Source of the DNA: Azolla caroliniana
Lineage: Eukaryota; Plantae; Polypodiophyta
DNA length: 64,000 nucleotides
Direction of reading: 5' to 3'
Assembly (NCBI GenBank): GCA_043228905.1
Contig: JBHGNT010000003.1
Location: 14,136,001 to 14,200,000, forward strand
The notes under the pieces were generated by a model. The model ran no database searches and was not told the origin of the DNA. It was given only the letters and a program-made list of their open reading frames with translations. This document shows, one piece after another, positions 34,781-48,246 of the stretch. The position numbers and the translations under genes were made by a program. Each line of letters opens with the position of its first letter. Position 1 is the first letter of the stretch.

Positions 34781-37700
34781 CACCTCTCCATATTCCATTC
34801 ACTCCTTTGTGATACGTGTCTTGTATGATACAAAAGTGTCGAATCTGGACCGCTAGTCGCTTTTGCTCATCTTGACTCATTTTTTCTAGTGGTAGGCCGG
34901 TACTTAGGAACTGTTGCATGTTTATAATCCATTGGTCTTCAGATTTAACTGCTTCGGTTATTGATTTGTTGGATGTGACTTGAAACAGTTGGGCGTTCGA
35001 AAATTTGTCCTATACTCTATCATCTGTTTCTCCAGGACTCCAACCAGCTTAAGTAATATGTTACAACGTGCTAGATGTCAGGTCTATGATAAATATCGAA
35101 CTCAAACTCATGTAACAATAGGGTCCATCTAGCTAATTTTCTTGTTAATGAGGCTTTGGATACCAAGTATATTAGCGTCGAATGATCTACATGGAATGAG
35201 AATTTTTGCCCCAACAGATAGTGCCTATATTTTGTAATGTTGTATACCATTCCCAAATTGAATGCTTCTCGTTCCGTAGTCGAGTAGTTCCATTCTGCCT
35301 TAGAGATTTTCCTACTCGTGTAGTATACCGTCGTTACCAGTTTGGCTCCTTTAACTGCATTAGTACGCTGCCAATAGCAATATTCGATGAATCTACAAAA
35401 ATGTGAAAGTCTCTTGTCCAGACCGGCAGTTCTACTACTGGGGCCTGGGATAGCATCTCTTTTAAGGCTTGCTAAGCCTTTTCCACTTGCTCTGTCCATT
35501 GGAATGATATCTGGTGCACCATGGCATGTAATGGTGTGGCAAAATTTGCTAGATACGGGAGCATCTGGTTGTGCCACCAAATCTTACCCCTTTGCATTTG
35601 CAAGTGCAGGTGTTGCTAGTATCACTTTTACTTTGCCTGGATCTATGACAATTCCGTCCTTACTAACGATTTGACCCAGTAGGGCGCCGCTTGCTACTTT
35701 GAATGCACATTTCACTGGATTCAGGCTTAATCTTGCGTTCCCCCATTTCTCCAAATACATATGGATGTGATCCAAATGCTTTGTCATCTGGCTACAGACT
35801 GCGAAATCTTCCAAGGATACCACCTACATGAATGTTGGGATGTATTCTCCAAAGATTTCCATAATGATAAGCTGAAATGTCGTCGATCCGGTCTTCAATC
35901 CGAACATCATTACTGCAATGACAAAGACTTCCCATTCAGTAACAAATGTCATCTTTTCCTGATCATCCAGATGCATGTGTATCTAGTTGTAGCCGTTGAA
36001 CCCATCCAAGAAGCTATATATTTCATGTCTTGCAAGTGCATCTAGCACTCTGTCCGTAAACGATAGCGGAAATGCATCCGTTATTGTGGCTACATTCAAT
36101 TTCTAGTAGTTCACGCAAACTAAAATTTTCCCATTCTTTTTGGGTACTACCACAATCAAGTTGAGCCAAGTCGCCTACTTAACCAGTCGAATAAAGCCGA
36201 CTCTTAATAATTTTTCTATTTCCTCCTTTACTTTACCCACATAGTTACGGTTCATCTAGTAGCGCCTTTGAGCTACCGGTTTCATGTCTTTGCTGAGGTG
36301 GATTTGATGTTGATAAAACTTTCAAGTTCCATCCCCTTCATATCTTCGTAGGACCAGGTGAATACATCTTTAAATTCCTTCAATAGTGCCACCATTTCTT
36401 TTTTCTCATTCGGCCGCATTTCCTTATCAACATGTACCGACCGTGGTTCGTCGGTTGTACCCAAGTTCACTTCTTCTAGCGTTGAGGCTTTTACTCGCCA
36501 TGACACTGCTAACTCTTTTTTCAATGCTTCCTAAGCCTGTCGAAGTTCCCTGACGGCTTCCTGGTCTGGTTCAACTATTTCTTCTTCTTTGTTGGTTACA
36601 TACGGGGTTACTACTTCCGTCACATCTATCTCGAACAATGGGACAAATCTTGGATTTTCAGTTAAAAACCGATCTGGACTTTTCTATCTGCAAGCTCGTC
36701 GAGCATGTTTACAATCTCTGCATTTAATGGCATAAGTTGTTTGTTTGTAGCTTCTTGTTCTTGTGTGAGCACCCTTACTTTGGTTTTCCCTCGGCAGAAA
36801 CTGATGATGTTCTTCTACCAATTCAACTTGATACGCGCGGTCTGTAACTGACGGGAACTCAACGCTCCTTATTCGCAACGCTCGGCCACAACCGAGATTC
36901 TTTTCATACACAGGAAACAGGAAACGGAAAACATGCGACACAAAGGAGAGAAAAGGGTACACAGAATGTTTACGTTGAAAACCCAAACTAGGGGGAAAAA
37001 CCACAGCAGCCCACAGGCTGCAAACTATCACTATGTTGGAATGTACAAAACAGTGAGTTCACGGAGGCCATGACCTGGTACTCACGATCTTCGCCACAGG
37101 CGGCGGTTACAACAGAGGCAGCGACCTCTTTCTCTCTCTCTCTCTCTCTGTACACTGTTACGTGTTCTCTCTTCTTCTTGCACCAACAAGAAAATGACAA
37201 CTACAAAACATATTTTCCCTAAGTCATATTTATACTAATATGACTTTTCGGCTATTTACAAATATAGCCACGATGGGCTCTCAGAAACATATTTACGAAT
37301 ATGTCTCTTCCTCCAGTTCTCACCGGATCTGCATCATCCGGCTCTCCGTAGCCGGGTGCTCCTCATCCGGTTCACACCGGGTCTGCACCATCCGGCTCTC
37401 CGTAGCCGGGTACTCCTCATCCGGTTCACACTGGGTCTGCACCATCCGGCTCTCCGTAGCCGGGTACTCCTCATCCGGTTCACGCCGGGTCTGTATCATC
37501 CGGCTCTCCGTAACCGGGTCCTCCTCATCCGGTCTTCACCGAGTCTGTATCATCCGGCTCTTCGTAGCTGGGTACACCTCATACAGTTTCGGCATTGTTC
37601 TTCTCCCTTCCCATTCGGAGGGACCTGTCTCCCAACAGTAACCAAGGTCTTCCCAGCAGCAAGGGATATGCACCTGGTGCATTTAGTTAAAGGACTACTG

Positions 37701-38130
37701 CCGATATTTGGAAAACATGACCTTCCATGGTGATTTCCAGGTTCCAAATGAGTCCTATCGGCCGGACTGAGCTGGTATCGGCCATCCGTAGCTAGAATGA
37801 GCATGGTTCCCATTCCCAAATTCCCAATTTGTCACATGCCCTTTTGTTGATGACATTTACTCCCAATCCGTTGTCAATGACCGTTCCTGATACTTCCTTA
37901 CCCTTGAAGATTACCGTTACCATTAGATTATTTTCGTTTATGAAGGCAGGTCCCTCACTTTTGCAAGGTATGTTGGCACTACTGCCGGTTTTGACAGGGT
38001 CAATGTCGTCCTTAAGCCTTCAGTAAACCAGGGAACTAGCTACAACAACCAATCTAGTGGTATCGTAATATGGCATTGGGTCAATGCCTACCATGACAGG
38101 TTCTCCTCTGATGTGCGGGTTTCATCATCC
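34781..38130 (-). pseudogene. Decayed non-chromovirus (Athila/Tat-like) Gypsy pol
   Basis: PR 'VIDNG.GVNVI...YPLLLGRPWL', RT 'FLDGFNGYN', RNase H 'NYSTTERE...LARW.LLL.EFEF', and the start of the integrase region. Confidence 0.85.
36849..37637 (-). mobile_element. Solo Copia LTR related to the two intact Copias, with an expanded U3 tandem repeat
   Basis: TSD gtaac/gtaac. Shares the aaaagtcata...aaatatgacttaggg block. About five ~54-bp repeats at ~37320-37580. Confidence 0.9.
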
Positions 38131-38473
38131 CGTTGGGGTTCCAAAAGAAAGCATGATTGTAGAATGAATTGAACATTGAACGTGAGAATATACTATGATA
38201 CAATGAAAGCAATAGCTCATCTGTTGCTAAGAGAGCACGCAACTCAAGAAGTGAAATGAAAACTAGCCCCTACAATATAATCCAAGGAATTTGGTGAGTT
38301 TTCTCTTAAATTTTAGCTATTGCACATATCTTTTTGTGAAGCTCAAGGAATACTATATCAAGCATGAAAATAAATATACAAAAAAAATCGTTATCAACTT
38401 GATACGGCACTGCTATTTTTATATGATATACATGTACATTTTGTGAACGTGGATAACATTCATACAAAGAAAA

Positions 38474-41400
38474 TTAGCTACTACATAATTCCGAGCATAA
38501 ATGTTTTATAGTCGGCAATGAATATATTCCAGAATACAGTTGTGATCTTTGGTTGACCTCACATGTCAACGTCAAAGTACTCCCGGTAATCATATACTGA
38601 CATGGATAAGCAAAAAAAAATTGGATTGTGAGTTTAAACATAATAAGTTTCAAACAAATGTTTTGTTCAGAAAGTAAATTGTATGGACTGCACATATGTA
38701 TTATTTCAACAATCTTATCCAAGCATTTTTTGAATTTTTATGAAAGAAAAAGCCTCATTGATAAATATGCTCTTTATGTAGATATTTACTATGTTTTTAA
38801 TTTTCTAAAGAAATCCATTTTCTACCATTTCCTTACCGAGGGGTGGTCTCAGCCATTTGGATAGGCCCAAATTTGGGAAATGTTTTACGAAGCTCATATG
38901 CAAGGATAGAAAACTGAATTTAATAGACCTTTTACTTTTTCTTGTAGTTTTCTCTTCTTCTTATCATTGGCATCACATTGATCTTTGATCATCATGTCTT
39001 GTTTCATATAGTTGGGAACATGTAAATTTGGAAAGTTTGTAAATTCAACATTCTCAAAGGTAAAAGAATGATATACATGTACCTTACAATTTGCTTGATT
39101 GTTGCTCTCACCACCACAATTCCAATGTGAGCTTGGAACACAACTAAAATTGCGACACCACGAACAATGGTGATTTGCATCTACTCCTTTGAATGCTAAA
39201 ACCATGAGAACAAGATATCTAGAATGGGAAACACAAAATGGAAGGCTTTTGAATTCTACTATCCAATTTATGCAAACATGCCTTTAAAATAATTTAATTG
39301 CATGAATATATTCCACTATCTCAACAAAAATGAGTAAAACAATAATAACCTACCTATGTTTCTACATTTAGGAAATATCAGGTTATGCACTTACATTATC
39401 ACTAAAAAGATGACTACTACAGCCCATATTAGTGTTTTGCACATTTTAAGCCCCATATCTGAAGTATTATGTGTTCTATGGTTGCTTGTCCCTGATTGGT
39501 AATGTGACCAATCCCAATGCCCTTTTCGAAAGAACACATAGCCAAAAAATATGCCAAACATAAAGCCTCCAATATGCGAAAAATTTCCGACATGGGGAAA
39601 CATCCCAATGATAAACAATAATATAGCTATGCCTCCTAGTGTCAGGAATGTAGCAACCTGAAAGAATTCATAAAGTATTCAAAACTTTAGCAAACATAAT
39701 ATGGGAATGTATAAAAATAGATAAAGAAAATGAATTGCATTACGATGTGTTAGTAGCAACATTTGATCTTTTATTTTACACAAAACATAGCTATGCCAAT
39801 GATCTTCCAAGGTTGTGAATCAAAATTTCTTCGATACCAAGTATGGATGAAACCTCAAACATGACTCAAAGGTTTAACACTAAGGAGAGATTCAATGGAT
39901 GTGTGTGTGCGTGTGCGTGTTTATAAGCAATTCAATCCAAGTGAAGAGGAAATGAAAATACCTTTCCCTCATGCTTTGACCAATTAGGAACAATTTCAGA
40001 AACAATAGCTCCCATTAAACCAAATAATGCACCAGAAGAGCCCACTGAGACCCGATTTTCAATGAACAAGGATGAAAGAAGACTACCACCAATCCCTGAT
40101 AAGAAGTAGACACATGCTACTCTCCCTAGTATATTGGGAAACAAGCAAGAAGTTTCAAAACTCTTTGAAATAACATATACTTAATTGATCACATAAAGAT
40201 AGATGTGAAAAAGGAGGTAAAAATGCTTACAACAACCAAATTCTTGCTCGAGCCTAATGCCAATAAATAGGAGGCTAAGAAGGTCCACAACTAAGTGGAT
40301 TACACTAGCATGAAGCCAAATACAACTAAAAGGACGCCAAATTTGATGCTCTTTGGCAAGCGTGTTTGATGATATCCCTCCCATTGTCGATAACCTTCAT
40401 AAAGAAAAGAAGGGAAATATGTTATTCAAACTCAAAATTGTAAATATGTCTTGTCCTTTTAAAAGAATGTAAAGTATTCCATTATTCCATGGAGAACACC
40501 CAAATACAAGAAAGATTAAACTTATTAGCAATGGATCAAAGTGACGTTTTCTTTGTTAGAGGTACTAAGGCCCCAAGTCTATAGTGGAGGACTTGTAGTG
40601 CTAATGTCAAAGTTTATGGTTTGGACGATAATATTGGACTTCAAATGTCAAGAACTCATTGTTGCACCCATGTTTTGGCAAACTTAAATAGATCCTAGAT
40701 CCATGAGGGATAATTATATTGTCCAGTTTCTCAATTCTTATAAAATACCATTTTCTTTTTCTTTGGGCATATTTCAATAACCTTTTTTAATATGTTCAAT
40801 AATATCATTGGCATTTTGAATATAATTATGATGTCATCAAAGCATATAGATATTAACGTTTCTAATTACTATCACCATCTACAATGCCTATTTATTGTTC
40901 GATTTTCATTTTGAGTAAAAACAATATCTTTTGTAAACTACAAATACTATCACAAATTACAATCAAATGCATTTGTGCATTTGGGGAATTGATAATGATG
41001 TAACATTAGGTTTGCACAAAATATGTACTCTTATGAGTCATTTGATTTAACATTGTATATACTATAAGGCTTGCATGAAACATATATCAATCAAACGCTT
41101 TTCATAAACATATTAAGTATTATATGGAGTCTGGACAATGTAGGAACTATAAATGGTTATCTTTACTTTGTTCTCTTTCAACATTTTACTTGCATAGTTT
41201 AGTGAAGATTGATTAAAATTTCTAAATAAAAATGCATTCATAAGTACACTGTTGTGATATATGTACTTACATGTTCTAAGCACTATTACATATATGCTCT
41301 ATATATTGAATGTGATCAACCAATCTAGGATCAATGAATTATGTATCTTAACTTTTTCTTCTTCTAAGTTATATTAATCATTCTTATTGGCATATACTTG

Positions 41401-42356
41401 AGTTTACCTTGTCAATAAACATACATAAACGTCATCCCTTGGAAGTTAGGGTAACCTCGAAATACTACTATTATTTATAGAGTCAAGTGAATCTTCATGG
41501 ATAATATTGTCATACATTCATGAAGTGCAACATTATTGTGCGCAACTATATTTGTATCAAGGGTAAGATCAAACAATCTATGTGTGCATTATGCATGCAC
41601 ATAAACTTCAATTACCAAAGGCAAGTAGATGATGCACGCTAACCATCAAATAATCTTCAAGCCTACAATTCTTTTATGAGAATTAGGAAAACAAGAATCT
41701 TAAAGATCATTTTGGCTTTGGAACAAGAACTACAACAAAGAGTGAAGTATAGCACATCCCGTCACTTAAAAATAACATTGAAGGGTTTAAATTTACTCAC
41801 ATACAAATGTATATGATGGAGGAAATGATTAGGGAATTGCATCAAGGCACAAATGGTGACCATGCTTAATGTGGGTGGTATTCCAAACCACATATAAACA
41901 ACACGATACTTAAAGAGTAGAGTATGAATCTAGGTGCAAATATGAGGAGAAGAATACATGGTTTAGATTCTATCTAGCCAATCGTTAATGAATAGAAGAA
42001 CATGAGAATTTGAGTCGCAAAAACAAACACAAACACACATAGATAGATAGGAATGAAACATAGATAGAGAGGGCAAAAGACAAGGATGTTGTGATTACGC
42101 ACGCGGACGCAGAAGGGCCGAAGAGAGGGTTGTCAGAGAGGGGTTGGAAGGAGAGGCGTCCGAGCAATGGGATGGTGCACTTGGTGCGAGGCTGGTTGTT
42201 GTTGTTGTTGTTGTGCGTGGGGCAGTTGTTCACATACATCGTCACCACGAACACAAGAAAGCTGATGGTGACCACGATGGGCACCAACAAGGAATGCCCC
42301 ATTCCCCCATTATCTTCACCCACCCACAACATTCCCTGCTTCCTCCTCATCAACAT
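38474..42356 (-). CDS. Rhomboid-like intramembrane serine protease (plant RBL1/RBL2 type), 6 exons: 42356-42103, 40394-40231, 40125-39962, 39657-39395, 39218-39083, 38596-38474
   Basis: All introns are GT-AG and join in frame. Motifs include MYVNNCP, FQPLSDNPLFGPS, WR..SCIWLHA, catalytic GSSG, NFSHIGG and C.WC...SCVP...W.C. The start codon is tentative. Confidence 0.92.
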
Positions 42357-42366
42357 CTTTCCCCTT

Positions 42367-42397
42367 CTAACCCTAACCCTAACCCTAACCCTAACCC
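42367..42397 (-). repeat. (TTAGGG)5 telomere-like microsatellite just upstream of the rhomboid ATG
   Basis: ctaacc x5 on the + strand. Confidence 0.9.
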
Positions 42398-42759
42398 TTC
42401 CTTTGTATCAAAACTTCTTCAACCCCTGATCTTAAACTTTTCTACCCACCTTCCCCTAACCCTAATGTGCATCAGCAACTTTGCAGAATCCTATCCCCCT
42501 ACTCTTCCTACAGAACCCTAATCCTAGCCCCAATTTGTGACACGAGTCTCGCAAACCACTCGGCTTATTACATATAATAATAACAGGAAAGGAATCCTCC
42601 TCCTTTCTACAGCCTCATCCGAACCCGAACCCGAATCCTACGCCTATCCCGATTCCTGTTTTTCTTCAGGGAAGGATTAGTCTACCTTACGAGAAGCCTC
42701 CTGCAGATTAGAAAGAATAGTGCTTGACGCACGAAAGATGAATCTGTCTCTGCTCTCTG

Positions 42760-42790
<31 letters not shown>

Positions 42791-45700
42791 GGGATCACTA
42801 CGAAATGGCCATTCTTCTTCTTCTTCTTCTTCTTGGATGGGATGTATTTAGCAATGCTTTTCTTCTCGACCTTCTTTTTTTCCTTCCTTTCTTCTTCTTC
42901 TCGCCATCTTGAAAAAGAAAGAACAAAAAAGAAACGAGAGAAAATGGGGGATTTTAATGAATCAATTTGCTTTTTGCTTTTTTCGCTGCCTCCTAGGGAG
43001 CCATCTTCTTCTTTGTCCTCCTCTTCCAACAAAAAAGCTTGCATGACTTATTCATGAATAATGTATATGGGTTTATATATCCATCTATGAACATATGTCT
43101 TATCTCTATGTTCGCTTATGTTGCTCGTTGGACATCCGTATGATCAGATTGCGTGTGCTTCCTTCATGTTTCCGGACCTTTAATAATGCTTTTTTTCAGC
43201 CAAATGTATATATGTATAAGAGACCTATGCATCCATTCTTTGTGGGTTCTCACCTCACTCTCAAGTTTTCCCACTTTGTAACATAATGCGTTACAGAGCA
43301 GGAAACAATATATACTCTAATACGTTCTAGAGTATGGTAAAACTTGACTTTCTCGTAATACTTATTTTATTAGGATATTTTACTTACGATATGTATTACA
43401 AATGATGAAACTCGCACAATTGCTACTCATGTGATTTTTCTTACAAAATCTTTGTGAGAGTGGAGAAAGCATCATCTCCATGTATGTAATATATTGGCAA
43501 TGCATTTTAAAAAAAGTGAGACTTTAGTATTATGTCCATGTCACTAAAGCATTGTCGAGTCTCATTGACACAAGCTTATGCAAACTTTTTGTAAGTATAA
43601 ATTGGATTCCGTGAAAAAATCCACGTATTTTATCAATGTCAATACCTTAAAAAAGCTCAGACCATGATGAGCACAATAGAAGTATTTCAACCTGGCAACT
43701 TGAGGGTCACTTCAAAACTTGAGACAAGTGGTAGAATTACATCTCAAATACAAGCAACGAAGAAAGAGAATGCACCTTCTACTTCAAAAGTCCAATTATT
43801 TTGAAGTTCTAGTTGTTTATAAACATCTATGGATTAATTAATTGATTGTTATAAAGTTTGGTGGGATATGCTATGTAGTTTATGAGTCTCCAGTCTTCAC
43901 AAAGATTTGAGGTAATAAAGAGGGAGCATAATGATAACTTCGATCCTAGATGATGAGACACTCATGAATTTAGTATGCCCTGGGGCGATAATAGTTTGCT
44001 TTGTAGTCATCGACTTAGTGACACGTGCAAAAATAAATTTTACCACCCCCCCTCCTAATCAAAATTTACATCTCAACTCTTCCTCTAATTACTCTAAACT
44101 ATATAAATGACTTCTAAGAATGAATTTATTTATTTTTGTAAATCATTGTTCGTGCCATTGCTTGGATAAACCATTTACTCATGTAATGCTAGTGAAGAAT
44201 CTTCCTCTTTTAAGTTATTCGATACCATAGAATGGATTAAGGTCAGCTTCATTGCTCTCTCTCTCTCTCAACCTTTGCCTAAATGATACTTTACTTTTGG
44301 GTGGCACATAATTGATGCGTGGTTGATTTCAAGCGACTCCATGTATAACTTTTAAGCTTAAAAACAATACCACTATGATATATGACATTTCCATATGGCT
44401 ACAAATGATTCGATTTGGAACAACATTATCAAATTATGAAAATGAATTATAATGAGCTTATATGAAGCTAGAATAATATTTATTTATGAGAACAATAGGA
44501 AGCTAAATATGTACAACATTGACATTTGAGATATGTAAAGTGTGAAGAAGCGGTGCCTTTGAATACACTACACAAAGATGAAGCGCATTTGTGTGCACAC
44601 GACATCTTGTAATATGTTCACAAGGCTATATCCAACGTTATACAATATGATTCATATTTATATTCGAGAAACTGTAACCATAATTATGTGATTCATATTG
44701 GTTTATGTTTTTCATATGAAACTATTATAGCAATCACCATTTTACCATTTATCATCATAGAAAAGGTGGCACTGGCACTATATGCATGTGAATTGCTATG
44801 AAACCTTATTTTATCATGATAGATTCAACATAGTGTCATGCTAGGAGGATTGTATGGACAATAAAATGGAACAAAGGAACATACTTACATCCAAGCTAGA
44901 GAGAGACTGGGATGCAATTTATACATTTGCATTTTATTGCCTTAAACGCCATGAAGAAAAAACCATTCATGAGGAGGGGCAGGTCTTGGTGAGTTTTCCT
45001 AGCAACTTCAATTACATCCCAAAAATTGTGAATGTTGACACATTTGCATAGCATAATCGTTCATTCAAATATTTGGAGATGCCAAAGAAATTACGATTAA
45101 CGGATATTATATTAGTTTCATCACCCAACTTTGCAACGAAACATCAAATTACAAAGCTTTAATGATTTTTTATGAGATTTCAAAGCATCCAAGTTGGTTG
45201 CCATAGACTCTCATTTTGTTGATTCGTAACAAGTAATGAGCCAACAAATCACCTTTTCTATTATTTGATTTGCCAATCCAATATATCTTAACATTCATAA
45301 TTATCAATCTTTTGGAGATAGAACTTAACTCTTGATGCTTGTAACAAAGGCCTTGATAAGCCAACATGGTTAATTCGACACTTACATTGATTACTGAATT
45401 AGAGTACCAATTTGATCAAATCCCTAAATAAACCCATGTTGATACATTGATTAAGTATTTTAAGAAATCAAATTGAAGGAGTCATTTGAATCGGAAACCA
45501 GTTACAGTCATGGGCAAATTAGAGTCCTGAACTCTAAAGCATCATAAACTCTAATGTCCGAAGTGAAGCATCATAAAGTCTATGTAAAAAGTAGCGTGCA
45601 GAAGCAGGTATGAAGACGGAACAGAAGGAAGGAAACTCAGGTTCAATGGAGAGCTTAAGCTTACGCAATATACGCGGGAGAGACAGAGAGAGTGAGAGAG

Positions 45701-47052
45701 AACACAAGAACTATATTCAACAATAATACTCAGTTTGTACATAAGATGTGCTCAGTGAACACTTTTATACAAGTCCTAGAAGGACTGACCGAAGTACTGA
45801 CAGTACTTCAATGCTCATCAAGAGCTCCTACACTAACTCCCAAATATATTCCTCATGGAATATCTTTCCTAACGACCTCCCGGTTTACGTACTCGGCCTA
45901 ACCGATCGGTCCCAACCGATCTGGTCCTCGGCTTCTTCAGCCGATCCGGCCGATGTTGAGCTTGTCTCTCAACACTCCCCCTCAAGCTCAACTCGAGGCT
46001 CTTCGGGATCCTCGGGCTCACAGCTCCGGTTCCTCCTGGCTTCACGCCTCGCTCGCGCTCCTCGACCTGTTCGACTCCGCGCGCTTCGACCCTTCCGGTC
46101 GGCTTGTATGCTCATGCGGCCCTTCTCAGCTCTTCTGCTGTTGCGGTGTTGATGCTTCTCCTGCTGCCTTTTCTTCTGCTTGGGCCTCAGTTGATTCAAC
46201 GTATCTGAATCAAACATCCGAACCGACTCGGCTACCTCCGATCGATTTTCGCTCTCGTCCGAGTTGGCTGTCTCCAACTCGTCTTCGGTCTTCTCGCCCT
46301 CGATGGCGTCATCTTCCCCATGCGTGGTTGGCTTCGGCTCTCTCCTTCGGTTGCTCCCCTTCTGTCCGCTTCCGAACTTTTCCGCGGGTCCGCCCTCGGT
46401 TTCTTCAGCCGATCCGAAGTAGAACTCGACAACCGACTCGGTGTCGCGGTCTCCGCTCATTTCTTGCTGCCTTGCTTGGTCGTTCGGGACTGTTCTCCCC
46501 CTCAAGTTCGGCACGTCAAGGTGACGCAATCCGAGCGCACCTGAGAATTGCCGCAACTTGTCCAGACCAAGAGGCTTGGTGAAGATGTCGGCAGCCTGCC
46601 GATCCGTCGGAACGTACTGAAGTTCGACTTCACCGGAAAGGACACGCTCACAGATGAAATGGTAGTGCACCTCAATGTGCTTGGTCCGTGCGTGGAAGAC
46701 AGGGTTCTTCGCGAGTTGGATGCTGCTGAGGTTGTGGCAGTAGATCGTCGTCGGATCTGACACCTCCTCTTGCAGGTCCGTAAGTAGCCGCTTCAACCAT
46801 ATGGCTTCGCATGTCGCGACAGCCGCTCCTCGGTACTCAGCTTCGGTGCTCGACAATGCAACTGTCGGCTGCTTCTTACTGCTCCATGCGATCGCGGCAC
46901 TCTCGAGGGAGAACGCGTATCCGGACGTGGATCGACGATTGGCGGCGTTGCCAGCCCAATCAACATCGGTGTAGCCGACTAACTGCGCGGCTGCACCGGT
47001 CCGATATAGCAGTCTGCGGTCCTTAGTGCCGCTTACGTACCGCAGTACGCGT

Positions 47053-47772
47053 TGTCGTGCCTTTCGGCTCCGGATCGTTGCGTGAGTCAGGTGGGAACCG
47101 CCGAGGTTTTGGACTAGGAGGAAGAAAAATACAAATAATGCTAGTAAAGAATAGGTATAAAGAGTTATAAAATAAGAATCTTGTGAATCCCACGAGTTTA
47201 GTATATTTAGTCAATATTTAGGTAGTAAGAGAGAATTATTTTAGCAAATTCGTGAATCCCACGAATATTTTAGATTGATTGATCATTATAGAAAAAAAAT
47301 CAACAAAACTACAATGTGCTCCCCATCCTTATATAGTGATGGGAGAGACTTAGCATAGCTACATGCTTTTTTCTAATATGTTCATGCACACTAAATGTGC
47401 ATGTGATGCTTTTCTAATCCTTGCTTTTATTTGCTAAATATAGTGCTCATGCACGCTAGATGTGCATGAGTCACTTTTTAGTTGCTTGCGTTTTTCTATA
47501 AAATATTCACGCACTCTAAAAATGCATCATTTACCTTTTAATAAAGGTAGGCGCAAATAAAGCACTTATAGTTATTAAATCTATTTATAAAACACTAAAG
47601 ATAAGGTAGCATAATGGTAAAGTTGAGGTTTGGCTATGTGGAGGTATAGGGTTCAAATCTTGCCTTATGCACGTGATAAATATTTTGATATATTATTTAT
47701 TTATTTATATGTATCTAAAATCGAATATATTATTTTATGGTTTTCACGTAGTGTGTGGAATACACTACGACA
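47053..47772 (-). mobile_element. Solo LTR (TGTCGT...ACGACA lineage) with a tRNA-like module
   Basis: 4-bp TSD gcgt; removing the insert restores host RT 'QCAQRVLR'. Minus-strand TATA at ~47330. Homologous to 54280-54982. Confidence 0.9.
47600..47669 (+). ncRNA. tRNA-like module in LTR U3
   Basis: Acceptor-like stem ataagg/ccttat, A-box tagcataatgg, B-box ggttcaaatc, and a T4 run ~14 nt downstream. Confidence 0.7.
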
Positions 47773-48246
47773 GCGTTGCGCACACTGAAGGTGCTCCTCG
47801 GTAGGTCGCGCCATGAACTGACTGATCACCCCGACCGGATAACTGAGGTCGGGTCGGGTGATGGTCAAGTATATGAGGCTTCCGACAATTTGTCGGAACC
47901 TCGTCGGGTCGCATTCCTTTCCCGTATCGGGACGAAGCTTGACGGTTCTGTCCAGAGGAGTCGAGACGGACTTACAGTCGGCCATCCCGAATTTGAAGAG
48001 CATACTCAGCACGTAGTGACGTTGGCTGATCAATATGCCTTCGGGGGTACAGATCACTTCGATCCCGAGGAAGTAATGAAGGTCCCCCAGATCCTTCATG
48101 TCGAACGATGCCGCAAGCTGGAGCTTCACGCGGTCGATTTCACCGAGTTCAGCACCGGTGATGACCAAGTCATCAACATATAGTAAAATACTAACCGGTC
48201 CGAGTCGACCTTTTCGGATGAACAGGGAAGAGTCCGCTTTTGATGT

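Noticed and set aside
34223-38130. Treating extra ORF 3 as the antisense ORF of the adjacent minus-strand Gypsy
   Set aside because: A plus-oriented LTR separates them and truncates the integrase at 34780, which indicates nested insertion.
42682-43057. Short ORFs upstream of the rhomboid gene
   Set aside because: Built from CT/CTT microsatellites typical of promoter or UTR sequence.
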